Made by a program: the position numbers and the translations under genes
In this document: one piece after another, positions 19,047 to 26,312 of the stretch
Numbering within the stretch: position 1 is the stretch's first letter
How the letters are laid out: each line of letters begins with the position of its first letter
Source: a virus
DNA: 64,000 nt
IMG/VR virus record: IMGVR_UViG_3300032242_001694
Strand: one strand, 5' to 3'
Notes under the pieces: generated by a model
Databases searched by the model: none
Told to the model about the DNA's origin: nothing
Seen by the model: the letters and a program-made list of their open reading frames with translations, nothing else

Positions 19047-20837
19047 ATGGCTGAACCCAACTTAAGAGCACTAGCAAAGCAGAGCTGGGACGCAATATTC
19101 GCCCAAGCTTATCCAAAGCTAGGCGCAATGATTCGCTCCATCAATGAAGAGATGGAAAGAACTCTCGAAGACTCAAGGAGAGAGATTAAAAGTACAACTC
19201 TAGCACTTGAAGATATTGATCAGAAGCTAGTAAGTACAAAAAGTAATATCAGTAATTTAGTTGATTCACAAGATAAGATAAATTCATATCTTTCTAGAAT
19301 CGAGTGGAATCCTTCGACAACAAAAAGCGGAGGTGGTTTTGATCTTACTATGCCAGATCTTAGTAAGCTAAAAGATAAGAAGAATACTAAAGCTGAAGAG
19401 AAGAATAAAGGTAAAGGTCAAGAAGAAGTCAAAAAGAGTACAGCAGATAAGCTTAAGACTGGTACTTGGTCATTTGCAGGCAAGTTAGTCAATATAGCTT
19501 TTCTAGGCAGTTTGGCTTATGAAACATACATGTACATCTATAATCTAGACCCAAGAGATCCGGATTATGCTGAAAAAGCATCAGTTAAAATTTCACAGGC
19601 AGTTGCTCTAGTTGGATTCATTGAGTTTGCTGCTGCTATATCAGCTTGTATTGGTTCTGCGATCGCTCCAGGAGTTGGTACAATCATCGGAGCGCTCGGC
19701 GGTTTAGCTGCTGGATGGTTTTTTAAAGATGAAGTAGATGAGTTAACCGAGTACGTAGTCAAGAAGATATTCGAGTACAAGAAAAAGTTAGCAGGTGAAA
19801 GTTCAAGCGCTTCAGCAGTCGGTCCTTCCGGAGATATTTCTGGAGGAGCGCTCTCATCTATGTCTTCTACTGATAGTATCAGGTTTGTTGCAGATAAAAT
19901 CATCTTTAAGTCAAGTCAAAGAAGCCAACAATCCCAAAGTTCATCTACTAGTAGTTCTGGTGGAAGTGGAGAGATGACAGCGTCTAGGCAGCCTAGCATT
20001 GATACAACACCACCGGCCGGGTCTGGGTTTGGACAAAGCAGCGGGCAGGCTAGTAAGTCAAGTAGATCTTTGAGTGGTATGTCTTCAATGGGAAGTTCAT
20101 CAGGACCAACAAGTTCAGATCAAAGTGAAAACACGCCACAAGATGAATCTCAAGACGCAACAACAGCCCCTGCTACAGAGACAAAAGAAAAGCCAAAAAA
20201 TGTAGCTACTCAAGGAGCAGACGCTTCTAAAGTAGATCCAAATCTTTTATCTTCTTTCTATAAAGCTGCAGAAGAATTTGGACAACCGGTTACCATAACT
20301 TCTGGTTTTAGAAGTGACGAGAAGCAAGCTGAACTTTATGCTAGATGGATGGCCGGTGAACCTAACATATATATGCCCTCTAAGCCAGTTAAAGCTGCAA
20401 CTGTAACTATTAGAGGAAAAGCTTATAACGTTCCAGGCGGTGGTTCTGGAAGTAACCATTCTAAAGGTACGGCTATTGACTCTCCACAAGCAGAAGCGAT
20501 GGATAGAGCTGGCTTATTGAAGAAATATGGTTTAGTAAGACCGAACGCTGGAGATCCAGTGCATATTCAGCTTGCTAATGGTGGAGAAGCTACGGAAGAG
20601 ACGCAGCAGGCTGGTTCTCAAGTTTCTTCAAAACCAACTACTGGAGCAGCAGTCAATAAAGCATCAGTAGATAAAAAAGTTGAAACTGAAAAGCAGCAAC
20701 AGGCTGCTTCGCTTGAAGTTAATAACTTGGTGTCACAGAGTCCATCTTCTCAGACCCCAGACCAGCCACAAGAAACTTCTAGAAACAGTGAAGTTGGAGT
20801 CAATAATAGACTCGGCCGCCTGATAGCACAAGCATAA
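19047..20837 (+). CDS. Tail/tape-measure-region protein with hydrophobic segment and VanY-like M15 peptidase domain
   Basis: ITSGFRSDEKQAELY, SNHSKGTAID, DPVHIQL; APGVGTIIGALGGLAAGW hydrophobic segment. Confidence 0.7.
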   Translation: MAEPNLRALAKQSWDAIFAQAYPKLGAMIRSINEEMERTLEDSRREIKSTTLALEDIDQKLVSTKSNISNLVDSQDKINSYLSRIEWNPSTTKSGGGFDLTMPDLSKLKDKKNTKAEEKNKGKGQEEVKKSTADKLKTGTWSFAGKLVNIAFLGSLAYETYMYIYNLDPRDPDYAEKASVKISQAVALVGFIEFAAAISACIGSAIAPGVGTIIGALGGLAAGWFFKDEVDELTEYVVKKIFEYKKKLAGESSSASAVGPSGDISGGALSSMSSTDSIRFVADKIIFKSSQRSQQSQSSSTSSSGGSGEMTASRQPSIDTTPPAGSGFGQSSGQASKSSRSLSGMSSMGSSSGPTSSDQSENTPQDESQDATTAPATETKEKPKNVATQGADASKVDPNLLSSFYKAAEEFGQPVTITSGFRSDEKQAELYARWMAGEPNIYMPSKPVKAATVTIRGKAYNVPGGGSGSNHSKGTAIDSPQAEAMDRAGLLKKYGLVRPNAGDPVHIQLANGGEATEETQQAGSQVSSKPTTGAAVNKASVDKKVETEKQQQAASLEVNNLVSQSPSSQTPDQPQETSRNSEVGVNNRLGRLIAQA

Positions 20838-20860
20838 AAAAAGAGGGCCGAAGCCCTCTT
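20836..20860. terminator. Intrinsic terminator between convergent tail genes and gp32
   Basis: AAGAGGGC-CGAA-GCCCTCTT hairpin at 20841-20860 (TTCG loop on -), with an A-run at 20836-20842 giving the U-tract on the - strand. Confidence 0.85.
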
Positions 20861-20863
20861 AAA

Positions 20864-21790
20864 TTACTTTGCTAATTTCTTGAAGAACTCAAGACCGTCG
20901 TCATCGTCATCCATAGGGATTGCCGACTTAGTCTTGAAAGACGGAGCCGGAGCTTCTTCAGCCCACGGAGCGGCATCCTCGGTAGCCTTAGCGACAACCG
21001 CATGAGCGTCGTTACGCATGGTCTGTGCGAGACCAGCCTTGTCCAAGCCGAGTACCTTATTCAGCTTAGCCTTAAGCTCGTCGTATGACTTGAACTTGCC
21101 CGGAGCAATAAACTCCTGCAGCGAGTGCTGCTTCTTCCATACAGCTTCCATCTCGTCATCGTCGTTAAAGAGTGCGCCTGCCTTGGCAAACTCAGACTTG
21201 TCGTAGTTGCGATAGCCTTCGACGTTGCGAATCTTAAGCTTGAAGTTAGCACCTTCCCAGAAGTCGAATGGGTTCAGAGCGTCTTCGTCGGCAAACTCAG
21301 GATTCATAGCCTCGTTGAGCTTGTCGAAGATCTTCTTGCCGTACTTGAATAAGAATACCTTACCCTCATTCTCGGGATTCTGTTGGTCGGTAATGACGTA
21401 GACGTTGCTGATGAAGTGAAGCTTGCGCTTCTGCTTGCGAGCAATTTCTTTGTCTGAGTCAAGACCGGTATTCCACAGAGTTGAGTTGAGCTCAGAAACC
21501 GGATCCTGCTTACCAATAGTGGTCAGCGAGTTCTCGATGTACCAAGAACCGGTCGGACCTTGGAAGCCATGCTCAAAGATACGAACGAAAGGAGTATCTT
21601 CATTTGGAGGAGGTGGAAGGAAGCGGATAACCGCGTAGCCGTTGCCAGCCTTGTCTACGTTGGGATACCAGAACCGATCGTCCTTCTTGTTATCGGTCTG
21701 TCCGCCACCCACGAGCTTGTTGAGCTCTGAGGTGAGTTTGTCCAGCGATGATTTGCCAGAGTTCTTCTTAAGTTGTGAAAAGTCAACCAT
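20864..21790 (-). CDS. gp32: Single-stranded DNA-binding protein gp32
   Basis: DDRFW..DKAGNGYAVIRFLP, HGFQGPTGSWYIENSLTTIG, FDFWEGANFKLKIR, YRNYDKSEF, acidic C-tail. Confidence 0.97.
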   Translation of the reverse strand: MVDFSQLKKNSGKSSLDKLTSELNKLVGGGQTDNKKDDRFWYPNVDKAGNGYAVIRFLPPPPNEDTPFVRIFEHGFQGPTGSWYIENSLTTIGKQDPVSELNSTLWNTGLDSDKEIARKQKRKLHFISNVYVITDQQNPENEGKVFLFKYGKKIFDKLNEAMNPEFADEDALNPFDFWEGANFKLKIRNVEGYRNYDKSEFAKAGALFNDDDEMEAVWKKQHSLQEFIAPGKFKSYDELKAKLNKVLGLDKAGLAQTMRNDAHAVVAKATEDAAPWAEEAPAPSFKTKSAIPMDDDDDGLEFFKKLAK

Positions 21791-21860
21791 TGTATTCTCC
21801 GTATTGTTGTATTGATCGTATTGTTGTATAGAGCAGTATGGCGCTCTATTATTATTTATA
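21791..21860 (-). promoter_or_regulatory. gp32 leader: late promoter, hairpin and unstructured CAATAC repeats (putative autogenous operator)
   Basis: TATAAATA at 21853-21860 (-); ATAGAGC-GCCATACT-GCTCTAT hairpin; ACAACAATACGATCAATACAACAATACGGAGAATACA-ATG. Confidence 0.55.
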
Positions 21861-21883
21861 TCACACTAGATGATATAAGTAAA

Positions 21884-22108
21884 CTAAAAAGGTAGCTTGG
21901 CAGTCTTCTTGACGATGTTCATGTCCTCAGCCTCGATCTGAAGCTTTGACTTGAGAACTGGATCTTTCTTGATAATAGAGGCCGCGTACTCTACTTCGAC
22001 GCCATTCTTCTCACACCAAGACACGATAGCGTCTACGTACTCAAGGTGTCCGTGGCGTCTCATGGACTCGATGTCTGTTGCGAACTGGTTTGCACTGATA
22101 AGTTTCAT
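21884..22108 (-). CDS. gp33: Late promoter transcription co-activator gp33
   Basis: F..DIE, YVDAIVSWCEKNGVEVE, LKSKLQIEAEDMN..TAKLPF; next to gp32. Confidence 0.88.
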   Translation of the reverse strand: MKLISANQFATDIESMRRHGHLEYVDAIVSWCEKNGVEVEYAASIIKKDPVLKSKLQIEAEDMNIVKKTAKLPF

Positions 22109-22290
22109 GTGTATCTCAAGACCTCTTTATCTTTCTTTAAAGTTATAGCGGCGTGTTGCCACTTGAGTTTCTCGTAGTAGTGAAACTCTAAAAAGTTAAA
22201 GAACTTCTCAGCTGAGGGCTGGTCATCAAAAAACTTGCGTTCAAAGAGCTTGCGGCTCTTCCCACGAACTTCAACTTTATAGGGTTTCAT
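22105..22290 (-). CDS. Hypothetical protein (61 aa)
   Basis: MKPYKVEVRGK...; the ORF-track N-terminal extension only reads through tRNA sequence. Confidence 0.5.
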   Translation of the reverse strand: MKPYKVEVRGKSRKLFERKFFDDQPSAEKFFNFLEFHYYEKLKWQHAAITLKKDKEVLRYT

Positions 22291-22320
22291 GTTATACTCA
22301 ATTTCCTGTTTTGGGTATAA

Positions 22321-22358
22321 TGGTGGGAGCGGTGTGACTCGAACACACACTAAGACCC
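22321..22358 (-). pseudogene. 3' half of an interrupted tRNA (variable loop, T arm, acceptor 3' strand, CCA)
   Basis: GGGTC TTAGT GTGTG-TTCGAGT-CACAC CGCTCCC A CCA. Confidence 0.75.
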
Positions 22359-22367
22359 ATTGTTTAG

Positions 22368-22444
22368 TGGTGCCCCCACCAGGACTCGAACCTGGAACAA
22401 ATCCGTTATGAGCGAATGGCACTAACCAATTGTGCTATAGGGGC
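22368..22444 (-). tRNA. tRNA with CAT anticodon, probably tRNA-Ile2 (elongator Met not excluded)
   Basis: GCCCCTATAGCACAATTGGTTAGTGCCATTCGCT-CAT-AACGGATTTGTTCCAGGTTCGAGTCCTGGTGGGGGCACCA; G1:C72 rules out initiator; C4:G69/C5:G68 as in Ile2. Confidence 0.9.
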
Positions 22445-22489
22445 TTATTCTTTTTTCTAAGCCAAGCTTCTTTAACTGCTTTCCTCCAA

Positions 22490-22513
22490 GCTTCACCTTT
22501 AAGCTACGCTCCC
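22490..22513 (-). pseudogene. 5' half of an interrupted tRNA (acceptor 5' strand and D arm)
   Basis: GGGAGCG TA GCTT-AAAGGTG-AAGC; GGGAGCG pairs 7/7 with CGCTCCC at 22325-22331. Confidence 0.7.
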
Positions 22514-22532
22514 AATACTTGATTATATAGTT

Positions 22533-22561
22533 ATTATATATTATTTTTCTGGAAATGTCAA
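22533..22561 (-). promoter_or_regulatory. Perfect sigma70-type promoter for the tRNA locus
   Basis: TTGACA-17 nt-TATAAT. Confidence 0.85.
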
Positions 22562-22568
22562 CTAAAAA

Positions 22569-23561
22569 TTAGAAGCAGGTGATGATTACTAAGCCGGGAC
22601 CACCGTTTCCGCCACTGCCAGCTACTGATCCTGAACTATTAAAACAACCACCGCCGCCGCCGCCACCGCCGCCATAACCACCAGTACCACCTGCTCCACC
22701 TGTAGAACCAGCTGCTGCAGCGCCACCGCTTGAACCACCACCCGCTCCGCCGTAGTAATAATTTAGATTTGGAATAGCTTTATAACCACTGGGCCCTGGA
22801 AATCCAGAACCACCAGTTGAACCAGCTAATGGCCCACCGACATGGGCAGGAAATACTCCACCTGCCGGCACAATTAAACCACCCCCTGTAAATCCGGTGC
22901 TTCCAGACGTGCCAACTCCAGCACCGCCGCCGCCACCTGTAACAACTAACCCAGTTACAGGTAAATTTAATGAGAGGCCAGGACCACCAACTCCTGAACC
23001 GCCATTATTACCACCTTGACCAGCTAAAGTTATATTACCAACAGCAACAGCGGTCAAACTCATTCCTAATCCAGCTAATGGTGCGGCTGCTAAAGTATTT
23101 ACTGCAGCAGTTAGTCCACCAGTACCAGCAGTCCCGGCCAATCCACCCGTGCCACCTTGGGTAACTCCGCCGCCAGAAGCAATACCTAAAAGATGATTTA
23201 CAGTAATATCTGGATAGATTGAAGCATAAGTTGCTATACCTACAGCGCCTGCTGTGCTAGGAGCTCCGCCCGTTCCGCCAATACCAACAGAAAAATAGAG
23301 AACATCTGGCAATAGAGCTGCTGGAAATAGAAAGTTATACTGGTTGCCAGAAGCACCACCGCCTCCACCCGCATTGATACTAGCAGCTCCAGTTACTCCG
23401 CCACCACCGCCACTACCACCACCAAGCATAAAGATATTGATCATATTCGTGCCAGTTGGCTTTTGCCATTCATACCAACTAGCACCAGCAGTAGTAGAGT
23501 TGCCAACAAATATCTGCTGATCTAATCTTCTATTAGGCTGTGATATATGAGAAAAATCCAT
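22569..23561 (-). CDS. Glycine-rich fibre-tip/adhesin-like protein, paralog 1
   Basis: Poly-Gly runs; WYEW.KP..NMINIFMLGGG and C-terminal GGPGLVIITCF shared with the two neighbours. Confidence 0.65.
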   Translation of the reverse strand: MDFSHISQPNRRLDQQIFVGNSTTAGASWYEWQKPTGTNMINIFMLGGGSGGGGGVTGAASINAGGGGGASGNQYNFLFPAALLPDVLYFSVGIGGTGGAPSTAGAVGIATYASIYPDITVNHLLGIASGGGVTQGGTGGLAGTAGTGGLTAAVNTLAAAPLAGLGMSLTAVAVGNITLAGQGGNNGGSGVGGPGLSLNLPVTGLVVTGGGGGAGVGTSGSTGFTGGGLIVPAGGVFPAHVGGPLAGSTGGSGFPGPSGYKAIPNLNYYYGGAGGGSSGGAAAAGSTGGAGGTGGYGGGGGGGGGCFNSSGSVAGSGGNGGPGLVIITCF

Positions 23562-23570
23562 TTTACTTCC

Positions 23571-24527
23571 TCAAAAACAAGTTACTATAACTAGACCTGG
23601 ACCACCGGAGCCGCCCAGCCCGCCGGCTCCACTAGTACCTGCACCTGCACCACCACCGCCGCCCCCACAACCATAATAACCATCACCACCTCTACCGCCT
23701 ACTCCGAACGGAAGCGCGCCAGAACTACCGCCACCACCGCCACCCGTGCCTCCATAAAAATAATTTAGACCTGGTAATTTTATTCCATTACTACCGCTAC
23801 TAGCGTTAACGCTTCCCGCTGAGTTTATACCACCGACACCACCGACTAATGTTGGAAAAGTACCAGTAACCGTTGACGGTATTGATGCTGAGTTTGCACC
23901 ACTGGCAGCAGCGGTAGCAGCGCTGTTGCCCCCGCCACTTCCGCCGGTAACGATCAAGCCAGTTACTGGTAAAGCAAAAGTAGTAGCACCACCAGCAGTT
24001 CCAGCTTGACCAGTTAAAGATATATTACCAACTGCTGCAGCGCATAAATTCATGCCTAAACCAGCTAATGGAGCTGCTGTTATGTTATCAGCAGCAGTAG
24101 CTGTACCACCAGTATAAGTTGAGAATCCAGAGCCGCCACCCCCGCCTGAAGCAATTCCTAGAAGATGACTTGCAGTAGTGGTAGGATAAATTGAGGCATA
24201 AGATGCTACTCCAGACGAGGCAGCGCCAGCAGATGCAGGAGGAGATCCGCCAATTCCAACAGAAAAATATAGAACATCTGGTATAGAAGAAGCTAAAAAT
24301 AGAAAGTTATACTGGTTACCAGAAGCTCCACCGCCTCCAGCGCCAGGCTGAGTGCCATTTGGACCATTACCTGCACCTCCACCGCCACCAAGCATAAAGA
24401 TATTGATCATGTTTATACCGCGTGGCTTTATCCACTCGTACCACCTGCTGCCGGCAGAATCAGAATTGCCATAAAATATCTGCTGATCTGATCTAACATT
24501 GTTTGGTAAGTTAAAAAAATCTAACAT
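23571..24527 (-). CDS. Glycine-rich fibre-tip/adhesin-like protein, paralog 2
   Basis: Same architecture as paralog 1. Confidence 0.65.
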   Translation of the reverse strand: MLDFFNLPNNVRSDQQIFYGNSDSAGSRWYEWIKPRGINMINIFMLGGGGGAGNGPNGTQPGAGGGGASGNQYNFLFLASSIPDVLYFSVGIGGSPPASAGAASSGVASYASIYPTTTASHLLGIASGGGGGSGFSTYTGGTATAADNITAAPLAGLGMNLCAAAVGNISLTGQAGTAGGATTFALPVTGLIVTGGSGGGNSAATAAASGANSASIPSTVTGTFPTLVGGVGGINSAGSVNASSGSNGIKLPGLNYFYGGTGGGGGGSSGALPFGVGGRGGDGYYGCGGGGGGAGAGTSGAGGLGGSGGPGLVIVTCF

Positions 24528-24536
24528 TCAATTTCC

Positions 24537-25472
24537 TTAAAAACAAGTTACTATGACTAGACCTGAACCACCCGCTCCACCCAAACCAGCAGCACCGTTA
24601 GGTTGAGCAGACGATCCGCCTCCTCCTCCACCACCGCAACCATAAGAACCATCGCCGCCATTACCCGCGCGTGCACCATTGCCACCTGCAGACGCGATGC
24701 CACTTCCACCAGCACCAGCTCCACCAAGAAAAAAACGTAATCTAGGAAGTAAAGATATTCCATTAGATCCATTATCAGAAGGACCGCTAACAGTGCCAGC
24801 ACTTCCAGAAATTGCAGGAAAAAATGGAGCAGATGCAGTTCGGCTAGACCCAGAGCCCCCGCCACTTGGCCCTGTTCCACCACCGCCAGCTCCGCCACTC
24901 ATGCCACCTGTCACTACTAGCCCTGTCGTTGGTAGTAAATTCACTTGACCGGCTTGTCCTGTTAGAGATATATTACCAGCAGCTGCAGTGCACAAACTTA
25001 TACCTAAAGAAGCTAATGGAGCTGCTGCTATAAGATCTGCAGCAGCAACAGTACCAGCAGTTCCTACAGTTTGAGAAGAAGAACCACCACCTCCTGCGTT
25101 GCCACCAGAAGCAATACCAAGAAGATAATTTGCAGTAGTGGCTGGATAAATTGAAGCATATGTTGCTATGCCAGCTAAAACAGTCCTTCCTACACCAACA
25201 GAAAAATAGAGAACATCTGGCAATAGAGCTGCTGGAAATAGAAAGTTATACTGGTTGCCAGAAGCGCCACCACCGCCGCCACCACCGCCGCCAGAAATTG
25301 CTAGACCATTACCGCCACCGCCACCGCCACCAAGCATGAATATGTTGATCATGTTTATACCGCGTGGCTTTATCCACTCGTACCAGCTGCTTCCAGCACT
25401 AGTAGAGTTACCAACAAATATCTGCTGATCGAAACCTTTTCGGTTAGTTGGCAGATTAAAGAAGTCAAGCAT
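24537..25472 (-). CDS. Glycine-rich fibre-tip/adhesin-like protein, paralog 3
   Basis: Same architecture as paralog 1. Confidence 0.65.
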   Translation of the reverse strand: MLDFFNLPTNRKGFDQQIFVGNSTSAGSSWYEWIKPRGINMINIFMLGGGGGGGNGLAISGGGGGGGGGASGNQYNFLFPAALLPDVLYFSVGVGRTVLAGIATYASIYPATTANYLLGIASGGNAGGGGSSSQTVGTAGTVAAADLIAAAPLASLGISLCTAAAGNISLTGQAGQVNLLPTTGLVVTGGMSGGAGGGGTGPSGGGSGSSRTASAPFFPAISGSAGTVSGPSDNGSNGISLLPRLRFFLGGAGAGGSGIASAGGNGARAGNGGDGSYGCGGGGGGGSSAQPNGAAGLGGAGGSGLVIVTCF

Positions 25473-26302
25473 TAGTATTTACCAGCTACAGCCGTCACTA
25501 TGTATCCGTTGGCAGTCGTAGTGCCGATACCGGCAACCAGTTTAGCTCCAGGAGGAAATGCAATATTAAGAGGATAATCAATATCTACGACTGCAGCTGT
25601 AGCGATACCACTTACCGCAGGCAGTGAGATTTCTCCGATAAGCGTAGTATTCAATGTTAGTGAAGTATTCGCGATAGTCGCGCCACTAGAGTACGGGCCA
25701 AGAAAACCACCGATAATACTAGCGTTTGCAGAACTTGGTCCATTGAAGTATGAGTTGGTCTGAGTGTATGAAGTACCAGAAACGTTGGCGATATAGAATT
25801 GTTGAGAGTTAGTAGAGCCAACCCCAATAATCAATCGATATGAAGATATGCCAGAAGTTGTTGTAGCTGGAGCAGACCAACCCCAAGTTATGTTATTTCC
25901 AGTTGCAGGAACTGTATTTGAGATTTCTGTTGAGAATGCTCCAGGCTGACCAAAAGCATCAATCGCTTGAACTTTGGCATAATATACCCCAGGAAACATC
26001 GTTCCTGCAGTAGCAGAAACCACTCCGGTTAGAGTTTGTGGAGCCGTGGTATTAGCAGTCAAATGACCCACGCCACCCTGCGTCATCCAGAGTCTTAATA
26101 CGTTTGCTGGATTAGTGCTGTTAAATTTTACACGCACGCGCTGGACAAACCCGCCGTTTGTTGCGTCTGCCTGATAGATGGTGTATGTATTTGCGTCTGC
26201 TCCCGTGTAACCTGTAGTTGTAGTGGCTACTGGGCTAATCATTAACACAGAACCCTGTACATCACCTACACGTGAAAAGATTGGCGATTGATTACCTGCC
26301 AT
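25472..26302 (-). CDS. Fibre-associated beta-rich structural protein (adaptor-like, FN3-like insert)
   Basis: Coupled between the long fibre and the Gly-rich genes; YYAKVQAID..FSTEIS..ITWGWSAP..SSYRL is FN3/Ig-like. Confidence 0.5.
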   Translation of the reverse strand: MAGNQSPIFSRVGDVQGSVLMISPVATTTTGYTGADANTYTIYQADATNGGFVQRVRVKFNSTNPANVLRLWMTQGGVGHLTANTTAPQTLTGVVSATAGTMFPGVYYAKVQAIDAFGQPGAFSTEISNTVPATGNNITWGWSAPATTTSGISSYRLIIGVGSTNSQQFYIANVSGTSYTQTNSYFNGPSSANASIIGGFLGPYSSGATIANTSLTLNTTLIGEISLPAVSGIATAAVVDIDYPLNIAFPPGAKLVAGIGTTTANGYIVTAVAGKY

Positions 26303-26312
26303 TATTAAACTC

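Noticed and set aside
22105-22422. 105-aa ORF as given in the track
   Set aside because: The N-terminal part is a read-through of tRNA sequence; the plausible gene starts at 22290
22569-25472. Diversity-generating retroelement or invertible cassette acting on the Gly-rich genes
   Set aside because: No reverse transcriptase or recombinase in the window; shared tracts are identical rather than differing at adenines; all copies are co-oriented full ORFs
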